From: Octopus vulgaris | Taxonomy: Eukaryota | Length of the DNA stretch: 64,000 nucleotides | Reading direction: 5' to 3' | Assembly: GCA_951406725.2 (NCBI GenBank) | Contig: OX597827.1 | Location: 78,430,001-78,494,000, forward strand | Shown: piece by piece, positions 1-12,490 of the stretch | Numbering within the stretch: the stretch's first letter is position 1 | Layout: each line of letters opens with the position of its first letter | Notes under the pieces: generated by a model | The model's input: only the letters and a program-made list of their open reading frames with translations | Told to the model about the DNA's origin: nothing | Database searches by the model: none | Program-made: the position numbers and the translations under genes

Positions 1-126
1 GGATAAAGTGAGTGACTTCCGAAAGGGATTGCTTTGAAGGAGATTAAATGCTGAACCGACACGAATTGTAGTTTTCTTTCTATAGCAGCAGGCCTGAGAG
101 TTTTTGGTCAGACCTCATATGTTCCT

Positions 127-341
127 TTATTACCCACAAGGGGCTAAACATAGAAGGGACAAATAAACGAATTAAGTCGATTACATCGACCCAAGTGCGT
201 AACTGGTACTTAATCTATCGACCCCGAAAGGATGAAAGGCAAAGTCGACCTCGGTGGAATTTGAACTCAGAACCTAACGGCAGATGAAATACGGCTGCGC
301 ATTTCGCCCGGCAGGCTAACGGTACTGCCAGCTTGCCGCCC
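127..341 (-). mobile_element. tRNA-derived SINE, family A (head GGCGGCGAGCTGGCAG, B-box GAGTTCAAATTCC)
   Basis: Reverse complement reads ggcggcaagctggcag...ctgagttcaaattccaccgaggtcgactttgcctttcatcctttcggggtcgat; the same sequence recurs many times in the window. Confidence 0.8.
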
Positions 342-351
342 TCTAAATATA

Positions 352-566
352 TTTCTTTACTACCCACAAGGGACTAACAAAGACAGACAAACGGATTAAG
401 TCCATTACATCGACCCCAGTGCATAACTGGTATTTAATTTATCGACCCCGAAAGGATGACAGGCAAAGTCGACATTGGCAGAATTTGAACCCAGAACGTA
501 ACGGCAGACGAAATACGGCTATGCATTTTGCCCGGCGTGCTAACGATTCTGCCAGCTCGCCGCCTT
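352..566 (-). mobile_element. SINE family A, second copy head-to-tail with the first
   Basis: Same sequence blocks as 127-341 (tacccacaaggg ... gccagctcgccgcc). Confidence 0.8.
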
Positions 567-1379
567 CAGACCTCATATATAAATCTCTACAGTATGTTTG
601 TAGCAGTTCAGTAGATGTTATGTTGTATTACTGGGAGTTGGCAGGAGAGGGAATGGACACAGCATGGCCAAATTGGTTCATAAGTTTGCTTTGCAATCAA
701 GAGATCTCGATTTGACCCCACTGAGTGGCATTTGCGGCCAGTGTGTTTTACTGTTGCCTCAAGTTGACCCAAACTATGATAGACGGGGCTCCCATTGCTA
801 GACTGGAGCATCTTCCATTGCTGGTTGAATCAATCCGAATCTAAACAACAACAAAACTCTTTCGTGCTGGACACTCTTACCATTCCCCCTATTCTCACTG
901 TCTCCCCCCCCCTCCGAACACTATCACATACTCCCACCATTCCCACACTGACATTACCTCCTCCCATCCTTTCCCCGCACTCCCACCTCTCCTCAAACAC
1001 TGTTTTTTTTTGCCTAAAGGTAGATAACTCCTCTCCGATCCTCTAATTAAACCAGTAGAAGAAAATATTCAGTAAAATGTCTCCCTTGCTACCAGTGACA
1101 CTGAGGTAGCCTGCATGGTCATTTGATATGTTAGATACAGTAGCTAAATCTCCCTCAAAATACATCCCACTTTCTTAAGATATGATTCGGACATTGTACT
1201 CCTATATATGATATCTCTTGCCCAAAAGTTAGGATTATTAAGGCTGGAACACTTTTGATCAGAGGTCTGCTTGATCAATGTTTTACCGAAGGCTAAACAG
1301 GAGCATAACTCCACATATTTTGCAGTAATTGGGTGTGGATTATCTCCACTTGGATCAAGTTGGTGGGAGATGATGGCCA

Positions 1380-1833
1380 CTTGGAAATTATTGGATACAT
1401 TGAAACTCCGACGTCTGGCAGCTGACTTGGCAGACCCCCCCCCCCATAAAATTATTTACAAACAATAACTCTGAGCACCTTTTCAAACTCCACCCATCTA
1501 ACACCCGTGGACATGTTTACAAAGTCAGAAAACAGCACAGCTCCCATGACTTTAGGAAACATTTTTTCATGCTAAGAGTTGCTGAAGCGTGGAACAAACT
1601 GCCGGCATCAGTTGTTAGTTGTCGGAGCACTGCATTCTTCAAAACGTCCATGCTTCCTGAGGTTCGCCAACACTACACCTGATTTTCTCCCCTCCATACA
1701 CACACAAGCATGTATCTGACTCATACATTGTTCACTTTCCAGACACTTGTACATTACTGCATATTCTTTATATGCACTTTCTGACAAGTTGTGGTGCACC
1801 TGTGCACTGTATACAATAAGTTCATAATTATTA
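1380..1833 (+). mobile_element. CR1-type LINE 3' end (5'-truncated)
   Basis: Translates to NTRGH..K..RKHFF.LRVAEAWNKLPASVV, the typical CR1 ORF2 C-terminus, then a 3' UTR ending in (ATT)n. Other copies at 29990-30440 and 61206-61578. Confidence 0.8.
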
Positions 1834-2380
1834 TTCCATCATAAATTGGACAATTAATTCAATGCTACCCACTGACATGACAAAAGCAAGGGCAATATAA
1901 GTTATGTCGTTAAGATTCATTATTTTTCTCTGTATAAATGCTTCACACACAATCCATTCCTGGTACGAAAAAAGATTCTCCTCACTTGGTTTAAAGGTTG
2001 ACCGTATGAACTCAGTTCAATATAGAATATGACACAGGTGTAGGCATGGTTGTATGATCTTCCACCCTCAAGTGTAGCCAGAGTGCACCACCCTCTCTAG
2101 ACCACGTACCCGTAGTCCTTTTGTGTTCAGGTTACTCTATCAAATGTAATGCTTATTTATTCACATTGTTTTGAATTATGCATTAGCTTGTAGCTTCGAG
2201 ATTTCATTGATGTGATTGTTTAGAATGACATTGCAGAGTATGTGCAAGAGGTCAGATTTGACCAGGTTGAATATAAAATAGTATACTTTGGCCTGGTATG
2301 GCCAGTCAGCCCAATCCTTCAAACCACTCAGTCCCCCACCATCACCATTATGTTTCATATTTCCAACTCTTCTTTTCTAG

Positions 2381-2550
2381 AATACGATGCCTGGGACGTC
2401 TGTCTGAAGCTTAAAGAATACGGCCTCCTTGCCAAACCTACTCATGGTGATATCATCAGATTTTCCCCTCCGTTGGTGATCACAGAATCCGAGCTACACA
2501 AGTGTACAGATATTATCTCTCACACACTCAATGAGATTGTTGGTCATTAG
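2381..2550 (+). CDS. OAT: Ornithine aminotransferase, last coding exon (upstream exons outside the window)
   Basis: Acceptor ttccaactcttcttttctag ends at 2380. Exon reads [45 protein letters not shown]...*, matching the OAT C-terminal motif [14 protein letters not shown](A/S)PPLVI. Confidence 0.92.
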
Positions 2551-2904
2551 AACAGTCCGGAATGTACAGCCAGAACTGACCAACACCAACAAGTCTTAAC
2601 CATTCCTAGTAACCTTGAATTCTGTTAGATTCTTAATTTTGTCCACCTTCCAAGCCAGAACCTTTTTCTTTCTTTGACAATTGCTGGCTTCACTTTTGCA
2701 GGCCCCTATTTTAAATATTATTTTCTAATTAAATAAAAAGAGGAGGGGGGTATCTTTTTGGAATCTAGAGAGCACCAAATACAAATTCTCTCTCTTTATA
2801 CACCCACACACAGTTAACTTTGGTTAGAATTTGGTTCTACTATCATGGTTATAAATTTTCTATCTGTTAAAGATTTGTTGTAAACGATTTGTTTTTTTTA
2901 AATG

Positions 2905-2910
2905 AATAAA
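2905..2910 (+). promoter_or_regulatory. Probable OAT polyadenylation signal
   Basis: AATAAA followed by a U/GU-rich tract (cccttttttgtgg); an alternative AATAAA lies at 2732. Confidence 0.5.
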
Positions 2911-3072
2911 CAAAATATTTCCCTTTTTTGTGGTCATTACTCATTTTCTTGTCACTCTTACTTCAGTCTCCCCCCACACACACACTCTCATTACCTTCAT
3001 CTTTAATAAACAACTGAGTCAATTAAAAATCAGTTATGTCCATGACTGACTATAGTTAAGTCAAAAAAATAT

Positions 3073-3250
3073 AAACGCGCCCTTTTAAAGCCTAGCCAGG
3101 CTCATGGGCCCGGTTTCCTGGTTTCTATGGCGTATGTGTTCCCCAGCCAGATGGGACACCAGTCCATTGCAGCGTTACTCATTTTTGCTAGCTGAGTGGA
3201 CTGGAGCAATGTGAAATGAAGTGTTTTGCTCAAGAACACAACGCATTGCA
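3073..3250 (-). mobile_element. Truncated CORE-like SINE
   Basis: Reverse strand has gtgttcttgagcaaaacacttcatttc...ctccagtccactcagct, shared with 35391-35733. Confidence 0.6.
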
Positions 3251-3655
3251 TAGACTGAAATACTACCAAATATTTAATCTGTTGCTCCACTGGCTTTAGC
3301 ATTAACACAAGGTATAGACTGAGTGAGTAAAGGGCTGGAAATAGTAACCTAATGGCTTTGTATCATTGCTTTGGGTTAGTTGTATGTATGGGTGAAAGAC
3401 ATATCAACTTTGCTAGGATTCGAACACTTAAAATGCATTGTTTTGTCCGTGTAATAATTATTTACAACATATTCACAGCTGGTTACTGTGTCAACATCTG
3501 AAAGGGTGAAAGGCAAAGATGACATCAGGGCAAATTCAAACAGAGACCCTAAAGGAACAACAGATCTATATAATCTCTGCCTGGCGTGTCCCCGACCAAC
3601 GTCCTTAATAACAAAAGCAACAACAACAGGAGTAAGTTTACCATGGTTAGACCTC

Positions 3656-3670
3656 TTTATTGTATTTATT
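3656..3670 (-). promoter_or_regulatory. Two AATAAA signals, probable 3' end of zinc-finger gene 1
   Basis: TTTATT twice on the + strand, about 2.05 kb past the stop at 5713; convergent with the OAT 3' end. Confidence 0.45.
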
Positions 3671-5028
3671 TCTGAACTGAATCTGAGCCAACTGGTAAAT
3701 AGTTCAAGTGAAAAGTCTGCTGTCTGGGTTCAAGATAGGGTGAGGCACCAAAAGCAAACAACGACAGACAAATATAGGGGTCACTGAATATGATGGCAGC
3801 TATTGGGGGGAAGGGGCTATATGACTGGGGGTGGGGGGAAATAAAAACATAACAAAAACTATGGGTGAGTCAAGAGGGAAGTAGGGGAGTGTCTACAGAT
3901 TTTGCATAGCTACAGACTTAATTATCATCATCATCATCATGACTGGGAAGGGACACTCCACAGAGCTGTGTCCCAATAAATTGGGGGGCGGGGGTTAGTT
4001 GGTAGAGAGCTTCTGTTTAAGCTAAGGGGTTCCAATGTAAAGAACGATGTCAGTTGTTGAAGGTCGTAAGGGGGCAGTATTAAATGTTTCAATGAGAACA
4101 AGGACTGAACTCCAATGTAACGACCTTAATGAGTGAGGGAGTGGTTAGATGTCTATGGTACTGGTAGTGACACCTTACCACCACCAATGATGAAATTTAA
4201 AATGTGGTCCTTAAAATTTATGGCACTTGTGTATGGCTCCCAAAGATTGAGCTTAGATGAGGAATTTACAGGAAAAAAAAAAATTTGAAGTTTGCTATGA
4301 TCTAAAGGGAAAACAGCATTTGGGGTTGGTAGGGGCTTGGTTAAGGAACAAATTAATCCTATTTGTTGTTTAATAGAAATAAATGATTGGATAAGTCATT
4401 TCCTCTGCTTTAGAAATGGAAGAGTCAAGTAACTTGTTTAACGTCACAGCTCAATCCTTTGGGATGTGGTACAAGCTTGAAAATATTTCAGCCATGATGA
4501 GACAGCAGGCCCTAATCCCCATCTGCAGGGGAGCTGCTGTTTCTCATGCAAGCACTATAGATAGCCAAAAATCCCTTTGTGAATATGCTACACAACTAGA
4601 CCCACAAACCCATTCTTTTCTCCATCTCTTCTAGCACCAACTCCACAACTTTTACTTTTACTAACAAGTTGCCTGGTCTTCTCCTGACATTCTTATACAG
4701 TCTGAATTACTAAACACTGTGGCCATTCCTTCTTCTCTGGCAACACCACTGTCTTATGTTATCAATCCCTCTACCTACCCAAGTTCAAACCAGCAAACAG
4801 CTGTTTCAATTTCAAACAGTCTTGGACAAGTTTGTTGGGATCAATCAATTAAAAAAGAACTTTTTACGAGCTGGATTCACAAACCAGTTATGAGTTGTGG
4901 GACAGTTTCAGAAGGGCATCAATGCCACCACACATCTACCCCTTCAAGACTGTGGTGGATAATTCTAGTGTTATTTGAATATTATTTCTCAAATATGGGA
5001 TATATGTCAATAATGTAAGGGTCACAAT

Positions 5029-5361
5029 GTGGAAGCACTCCGTCGGTTACGACGATGAGAGTTCCGGTTGATCCGAATCAATGGAACAGCCTGCACGTGT
5101 ACCCTTAACGTAGTTCTCGGGGATATTCAGCGTGACACAGAGAGTGACAAGGCCGGCCCTTTGAAATACAGGTACAACAGAAACAGGAAGTAAGAGTGAG
5201 AGAAAGTTGTGGTGAAAGAGTACAGCAGGGATCACCACCATCCCCTGCCGGAGCCTCGTGGAGCTTTAGGTGTTTTCGCTTAATAAACACTTACAACGCC
5301 CGGTCTGAGAATCGAAACCGCGAGTCCGCTGCTCTAACCACTGGGCCATTGCGCCTCCACA
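5029..5361 (-). mobile_element. tRNA-derived SINE, family C, with 13-bp TSD
   Basis: Head gtggaggcgcaatggcccagtggttagagcagcggactcgcgg; TSD TAAGGGTCACAAT at 5016-5028 and 5362-5374. Lies in the inferred 3' UTR of ZNF gene 1. Confidence 0.88.
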
Positions 5362-5712
5362 TAAGGGTCACAATAAACATATTGTAGAGTGTAAAGTTTA
5401 ATTAGGGGCCCACAGTGAATTTACTGAGATGGGAGTGAACGTGTGTCCTCTATTTGAGAACGTAAATGCTTGAGAGAGAGATTGCCATGATAGATGGGAT
5501 GTGGGTACATATTAAAGAGTAATAGATGGAGTTGAGTGTGTGTGTGTATGTATGTATTTGAGAATGGGAGAGTTGGTATAAGATGTGTAGCTGGTTACAT
5601 TGGAGAAGAGAGAGACATCATGGGAAGAATAAATTAGCATATTGCAAATGAGAAGAGAAATAATTGATAGAGATGATGTTGGAAAGGCTGGCATCGTTGC
5701 CAGGGTCGATAT

Positions 5713-7575
5713 TTAAGAAATATGTTGTTGCTGCTGCTGCTGCTGCTGCTGTGGTGGTTGTTGATGTTGATGAATGTGATGATGATGATGATGGTGTTGG
5801 TGGTTGACGTTAGCACTGTTAAAGCTGCCTGAATCCATGGAGACGGTCGTAGGACCATGAGACTTCTTGTGGTGTCTCAGCTCATCAGGACTGGCAAACT
5901 TCAGGTCACAGTTGTTACACTGGAAAGGTTTCTCCCCTGTATGAGACCTGCGGTGTACAAGGAGCTTATCTCGTCGAGCAAACTGGAGCAGACAGAACTC
6001 ACACTGGTACGGGCGCTCGCCTGTGTGGGACCGGCGGTGGATGGCCAGGTAATGCCGGTGGGCGAAGTTTTTTAAGCAGATATCACAGCCGTATGGCTTC
6101 TCCCGAGTGTGAGTACGATGGTGAATCTTGAGAGTGTCTTGACGAACAAACTGCTTAAAGCACACCTCACATTTATACGGCCGATCGCCAGTGTGGATGC
6201 GACGATGGATCTGCAAATAATCTCTTTGAGAAAAATGCTTCAAGCAAATGTCGCAGCCGAACGGTTTCTCCCCTGTGTGGCAGCGTTTGTGTGTTGCTAG
6301 GTAACTCTTCCGGGCAAACAGTTTCAAGCAGATGTCGCAATGGAATCGTTTCCGACGAACGTGGGTTCGTTTATGAACCTGCAGTTTACTCTGCTGCGTA
6401 AACTGTTTCGTGCAATACGTGCACTGAAACGGCTTCTCCCCCGTGTGCATTCGACGGTGAATTTGTAATGTGTCACGGCGAGCAAATTTCTGAATGCAGA
6501 AGTCACACTGGAAAGGTTTCTCTCCCGTGTGGGACCTCTTGTGGACCACCAGGTATTCCTTCTGGGCAAACTGTTTGAAGCAGACGTCACACTGGAACGG
6601 CTTCTCCCCTGTGTGGGTCCTCAAATGAATCCTCAAAGTGTCTCGACGTGCAAACTGCTTCAAACATATCTCACACTGGAACGGTCTTTCGCCAGTATGG
6701 GTCCTTCGGTGCATTTGCATAAGATATTCCTGTGCAAACTCTTTCCCACAAAAGTCACAGAAAAGTTGTTTTTGACGAGGTTTAACAGCCTGTTGTTGTT
6801 GTTGTTGTTGTTGTGATTGTTGTGGTTGTTGCTGCTGCTGTTGTTGTTGTTGTTGTCGTGGCTGGTTATGAAGTTGTTGTTGTTGCTGTGGCTGTTGTTG
6901 TTGTTGCTGATGTTGATGTGTCTGGTGATTGAGTGTAGAAGGGGTCTTGCACACAGTCTGGGGCTGCATCTGTTGCGAACTCTTCCTCGGCTGACAACAG
7001 TTGGCGTTGGAGCAACAACTTTGATACGATGAACCAGATTTATCAGAGTTGCTAGCAGCTGATTTGTGCAACTGGTTTTGCTGTTGCTGTTGGCTATGAT
7101 GATGATGTTGTTGTTGATGATGATGATGATGTTGCTGCTGCTGTTGCACTTGCTGCTGTGGCTGCTGCTGCTGCTGATGGTGCTTTGAAGAAGGCAGAGG
7201 CGGAGATGCCGATGTCGTAGACTGATTGTGATCACCACCCCCACTGCCCGTCCCTGTGTTATGGACCGAACGGTCATCTTCCGATCTGTCAATACTGGTC
7301 AAAGCAGTCGCTGGCAGATAGCACGGTTGACTGGTGAACATCTGTTTGCCTGAGTAGATGTTCGTCGGGAAGACGGTGTCTGTCGTGATGTAAGGAACTC
7401 TCTGAGACTGCATGCTGTGCTCTTGTGGGAAATGTTTACCGGAAATAGCGCCATGAAACATTAAGCATTCACTCATTGGTGCCACTCTTTGGCTCCCTTG
7501 AAGATTGTGTCCCTGTGGAAATTGCAAACCACAAACGGTATCGTGAATATTCTTCATTCCTGCAGAACGATCCAT
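5713..7575 (-). CDS. C2H2 zinc-finger protein 1 (620 aa, 11 tandem fingers, polyQ/polyH tracts)
   Basis: Intact ORF with 11 C-x2-C-x12-H-x3-H fingers and TGEKPF-type linkers. Strong acceptor ccatctttcatctttatcccag 13 nt before the ATG (exon from 7588); a second acceptor ttttatccctttgcag gives an exon from 8541. Confidence 0.93.
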   Translation of the reverse strand: MDRSAGMKNIHDTVCGLQFPQGHNLQGSQRVAPMSECLMFHGAISGKHFPQEHSMQSQRVPYITTDTVFPTNIYSGKQMFTSQPCYLPATALTSIDRSEDDRSVHNTGTGSGGGDHNQSTTSASPPLPSSKHHQQQQQPQQQVQQQQQHHHHHQQQHHHHSQQQQQNQLHKSAASNSDKSGSSYQSCCSNANCCQPRKSSQQMQPQTVCKTPSTLNHQTHQHQQQQQQPQQQQQLHNQPRQQQQQQQQQQPQQSQQQQQQQQAVKPRQKQLFCDFCGKEFAQEYLMQMHRRTHTGERPFQCEICLKQFARRDTLRIHLRTHTGEKPFQCDVCFKQFAQKEYLVVHKRSHTGEKPFQCDFCIQKFARRDTLQIHRRMHTGEKPFQCTYCTKQFTQQSKLQVHKRTHVRRKRFHCDICLKLFARKSYLATHKRCHTGEKPFGCDICLKHFSQRDYLQIHRRIHTGDRPYKCEVCFKQFVRQDTLKIHHRTHTREKPYGCDICLKNFAHRHYLAIHRRSHTGERPYQCEFCLLQFARRDKLLVHRRSHTGEKPFQCNNCDLKFASPDELRHHKKSHGPTTVSMDSGSFNSANVNHQHHHHHHHIHQHQQPPQQQQQQQQQHIS

Positions 7576-8663
7576 TCTGCTGTTTTTCCTGGGATAAAGA
7601 TGAAAGATGGTATGGATTAAAACAAGATTGATCCCAATTTAGATTAAAGTTGCTATGGATTGAGATTAAAGAGTTTCTAATGTATCTATGGATTATAGTA
7701 AAGTTTAATCTGGATTGAAATGAAATTGGTATGAATTAAAACATAATTAGATTTGTCTGTTGAGAAAACTGTTGATGTTCAAAAAATCTCTCCACAAAGA
7801 TTTATGTCTGACATAAGATTGATGAGTTAAGTCTGTACAGCGACATACAAACAGGAATCTTCCAAGGTCCAACGGCTACATTCAGGGATGTCGGAATACG
7901 ATCAGCTTGAAACAAAGGCCAATGTCCATAGATTACATGTTCCAGGATAATTGAAGTCAGCTGTAATTAGTTGGTCACCATAGTCACCAAATATCCATCA
8001 GTGGTTGCCATGGTCACTGCAGCTGTTATTGAAAGGCACAGTGGCTGAGTAGGTAAGATGTGAGACTCCTGACAGCCAGACAAAGGTTTCAAGTGGCAGT
8101 GCAGACTAACGTTTCATTCCTGTCTATAAATTATTATCATCAATGTTTGTTGTTATTTTAGGATGTCTGTAAGTTCGTTAACAATATTATTAATCCTTTG
8201 TTGTTGTGGTTTAATTCATTTGTAATTAGCAACATATGCTCATAGTTAGGTGACTGTTACTGTTGTTGCTGATGATGATGATGATGACCAATAATCAATA
8301 ATCAATGATGACCAGGTAGCACTGACCATTCACACTTTGGTCATCTGGTCCTTATTAAAGCCCTGCATGTACCCAAAAACCTTGGGTAATAAAAACAAAA
8401 TCTGAAGGACAACACAAAGCCTAGGCAGACAATCTTCAGTTTGTCGACAACTGAGATGGAATCCCACACAACATGGTTACCACTTGGTGGTGATGGTCAC
8501 ATTGGTGTCCAATGACCATCAAACTCACAGCTGGTCAGCACCTGCAAAGGGATAAAAACTGAAGGTTACTATTTAACAAATGTTATGGAACGGAAGTTAT
8601 GGTGGGTTACAAGAAGAAGCAGACGTGATAAAATCATACAAAACATCACAGTGTAATTAATTA

Positions 8664-8866
8664 TTAGTTTCAAATTTGGGCACAAGGCCAGCAATTTAGT
8701 GGGGGGTAAGTCGATTACATCGACCTCAGTGCACAACTGGTACTTATTTTATCGACCCTGAAAGAATGAAAAGTAAAAGCGACCTTGACAGAATTTGAAC
8801 TCGGAAAGTAAAGATGGACAAAATGCTGTGAAGCATTTTGCCCAGCATGCTAACGGTGCTGCCTTA
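8664..8866 (-). mobile_element. SINE family A copy
   Basis: gtcgattacatcgacc...actggtacttattttatcgaccctgaaag...gaatttgaactc blocks. Confidence 0.7.
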
Positions 8867-8934
8867 ATATAATTAATTATCAATGATACACAACAGCATA
8901 GTACATTTATAATTAATTGTGCAGAACAGTGACA

Positions 8935-9250
8935 CATATGTGCCGGTGGCATGTGAAAAAACATTCAAGCATGGTCGTTGCCAGTGCCGCCAGACTGGCT
9001 CCCGTGCAGGTAGTATATAAAAAAACACCTTTTGAGTGTGGTCATTGCCAGAACCGCCTGACTGGCCCTCGTGCCAGTGGCACCCACTACACCCTCAGAG
9101 TGGTTGATGTAAGGAAGGGCATCCAGCAGTAAAAACTTTGCCAGATCAGACTGGAGCCTGGTGCAGCCTTCTAGCTCACCAGTCCTCAGTCAAACCATCC
9201 AACCCATACCAGCATGGAAAGCGGATGTTAAACGATGATGATGATGATGA
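8935..9250 (+). mobile_element. SINE family M (core AGGAAGGGCATCC, (GAT)n tail) with 2-3 degenerate internal units
   Basis: gtgccggtggca units, aggaagggcatccagc core, ...gttaaacgatgatgatgat tail. Confidence 0.7.
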
Positions 9251-10497
9251 TATAATTATAATCAAGTAGTATAGTTTTCAGGAAGCATTCATCATCATCG
9301 TTTAATGATCTCCTTCCATGCTGGCATGGGTTGGACGGTTTGACAAGAACTGGCCAGGCTGGAGTCTGTACCATGCTTCTGTGTCTGTTTTGGTATGGTT
9401 TTTATGGCTGGATGCTCTTCCTAACACCAACCATTCTGCAGATAGCAGAGAAATCAGCTACCAACATCTTTTCTCTATAAATTACCTGAAGAAGGGTCCT
9501 AATCATGAACTATTGAAATACCAGGTAACAGTGCGATCTACTTACCTGCATTATTAATTATTATATCTTGTATTGTTTTGGCTTTTAAAAAATATTCAAA
9601 ACAAAACTCCACAGAATCTTCATCATTTTAACATGTCTTTGGAGTGTTGGTCACTTGCATGTTCATTCCATGGCTGTTCCGTTGATCGGATCAACTGGAA
9701 CCCTTGTCCTCGTAACCGATGGAGTGTGAATTTAGTTTAGGGCTTGACGACATAGACCAGTGTTTCTTAACCTTTTTACCCTTGCGTAACCCTTTAAATA
9801 AATTACATGTCTCTAGGAACCCTTGCGCAAAAAAAAATTTGGTTTTGGTAGAAAGAAACTGAAAGCAGCCTGTCATCATTATCATTAAATATCCTCCTTT
9901 CATACTGGCCTGGGCTGGATGGTTGGACAGGAGATGGCAAGTCAGAAGACTGTGCCAAGCCCTACTGTCTGCTTTGGCAATGGTTTTTATGGTTAGATGT
10001 CTTTACTAACATCAACCACTTTACAGAGTGTACTGGATGCTTTTTACATGGTCTCAGCACCAATTCGTTTTATGTGGTATCAGCCCCCAATGCTTTTTAC
10101 ATGGCCCCAGCACCAATTCGTTTTATGTGGTATCAGCCCCCAATGCTTTTTACATGGTCCCAGCACCAGTGCTTTTTATGTGACACCAGAACTGACAGGG
10201 TCACCTAGGAGGCTTTTGGAATTCTTCCTGGAAAGAAAATGGTGATTTCTATGTCTGAAACATAATCCCATCATTGTACTTTGGCAGACAACAGTTAACA
10301 TGTTGAAGTTTAGTAAAAGCTTCAATATTTTCACTGTTTAGAGCATCAATTATTTGTTGTAACACTCAATGCTCTGAGTTCAAATCTCACCAAGGTCAAC
10401 CTTGCCTTTTAGCCATTGCGAGTTTGATAAAGTATCAATCCAAGCCAGGTAGAACTGTAAGAATGTGGGAACAGGTGCCTGGCTGTATGGCTCAGAC

Positions 10498-10897
10498 TCT
10501 CTCTTTTCTCTTTTACTTGTTTCAGTCATTTGACTGCGGCCATGCTGGAGCACCGCCTTTAGTCGAGCAAATCGACCCCAGGACTTATTCTTTGTAAGCC
10601 CAGTACTTATTCTATCGGTCTCTTTTGCCGAACCGCTAAGTAACGGGGACGTAAACACACCAGCATCGGTTGTCAAGCAATGCTAGGAGGACAAACACAG
10701 ACACACAAACATACACACATATATACATATATACGACGGGCTTCTTTCAGTTTCTGTCTACCAAATCCACTCACAAGGCTTTGGTTGGCCCGAGGCTATA
10801 GTAGAAGACACTTGCCCAAAATGCCACGCAGTGGGACTGAACCCGGAACCATGTGGTTGGTAAGCAAGCTACTTACCACACAACCACTCCTGCGCCT
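10498..10897 (-). mobile_element. CORE-type SINE, family B
   Basis: Head ggcgcaggagtggttgtgtggtaag...gggttcagtccc, CORE-like ttgggcaagtgtcttc, internal (TA/CA)n, AG-rich tail. Copies at 16120-16483, 23033-23419, 28172-28573. Confidence 0.85.
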
Positions 10898-11132
10898 TTG
10901 CATTCCGAGTTCAAATCCTGTCATGGCCTCCCTGGGTGATAGACAGACTTAACCGTTCACCCAGGTTTAACCCCCACCCCACCCACACACACTCTGTTGT
11001 AAGCTTTCATGTCAGGTCTCCGGTTTGAGGGTATCGTCCCCTCTCGCTCCTACCAGTCTCCTATGCCCTGTTACAAATCACAGGAGCTACCTTCCCCATT
11101 AAAAGATACAAAACCAGTAGAATATGTTAAAT

Positions 11133-11392
11133 CTGTGGTTCTCAGCTGGGATCCATATGAGCCTTAGGGAATTCATAGAAGACCTTTTGTTAAAATAGTA
11201 CAACGAATAGCCTATATACCTACATAAAATAAAAATGCATAAAATATTCTTACAATTCTTTATAATATTTAATTATGAAAATATTACAGGATTTTTTTTT
11301 TAACATCGAATGGCTGTGAGGGTCTACCCGAATAAAATAGAAATGAAACGGGTCCGGAGGTAAAAAAAAATAATGATTGAGAACTAAAGTGT
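11133..11392. mobile_element. Degenerate hAT-like MITE
   Basis: Ends ctgtggttctcagc...gattgagaacta; homologous to 31893-32279. Confidence 0.5.
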
Positions 11393-11954
11393 TAGATGGA
11401 GACTTTGTCTGGAAACTTTACAAGATTATCGCCTAAATATTTCGGGACTATAAACAAATTTCCTGATAATGTATCTGTCCGCGAGTGAGTGTGGACTGAT
11501 TGCACTGCAAACTATTTTCACCAAGCACAAAAATGGACATTGGGTTTTATAAGACACAAAAATGACTGTGTAGAAAGAGATTAAAGTGGATTTAATAAAT
11601 GAACGACACCTCCTGGCTCTGAATGGACCCCCGAGCAATAAGGGGTGAAGAGGGTGAAGTTTTGGCCGAGAGTTAAATAATTGTGACGAATATAGTCCAG
11701 CGCTTTTCTGTGTTGGACTAATTAAGTCCAACGGTGGAAATAAGTTTATGTATAAATTTATATATGAACACGCTAGAGAATATTGCAAGATTTATCGCCA
11801 GTAAATAACACCGTAGTAATATAATCCCAATAAATGTCTGTCGGTTTGTGAAAGGCGACTCCCCGCCCCTTACGAGGAAGGCCCCTCCGTGGACGATCAA
11901 CGATCAAGCACTGAGACTCGTATGTATTTTGTGTGGGTTTCTGTAATAGAGGCA

Positions 11955-12490
11955 AATAGAGCGAGAGAGGGAGAGAAAGAGAGGCAGATAGTGGCAGAGG
12001 GAGATGAGAGAGAGAGCGGGGAGAGGCAGATAGTCTCGCAGAGAGGGGAGAGGTAGATAGTTACAGAGAGAAAGAAGGGGGAGAGGCAGATATCTACAGA
12101 TAGAGAGAGAGAGAGGGAGGAAAGAGAGATAGTTAGAAAGAGAGAGAGAGGGGGGGTTGATAGAGTGTGAAGTATGCAGTTGAACTGCAAGTGGCTGAAA
12201 TGCACAGGTATAATGCATCATCACGGTTTACGATCTCTCACCCTCCTCTGTTGCTTGTCATTCTCCCATACAGCCACACACACACCACCACGCTCTCTCT
12301 ATCAAATACATATCTATATCTATCTATACTAAACACACACACACATATATAATACACACACATACACTTACACACACACATATATATATATACATATATA
12401 TAATACATACATACATATATATACATACATACACACACATACAAGTCTGCGCGCGCACCAATTAAGCGCGCACAGACATACATACACACC
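11955..12490. repeat. GA-rich and (CA/TA)n low-complexity tracts
   Basis: gagaggcagatag-type repeats followed by dinucleotide runs. Confidence 0.8.

Noticed and set aside
2242-2380. N-terminal part of the 102-aa ORF
   Set aside because: Intronic; OAT similarity begins only after the acceptor at 2380.
5634-7292. Alternative-frame polyN/polyL ORFs over ZNF gene 1
   Set aside because: Shadows of CAA/CAG/CAT codon repeats.
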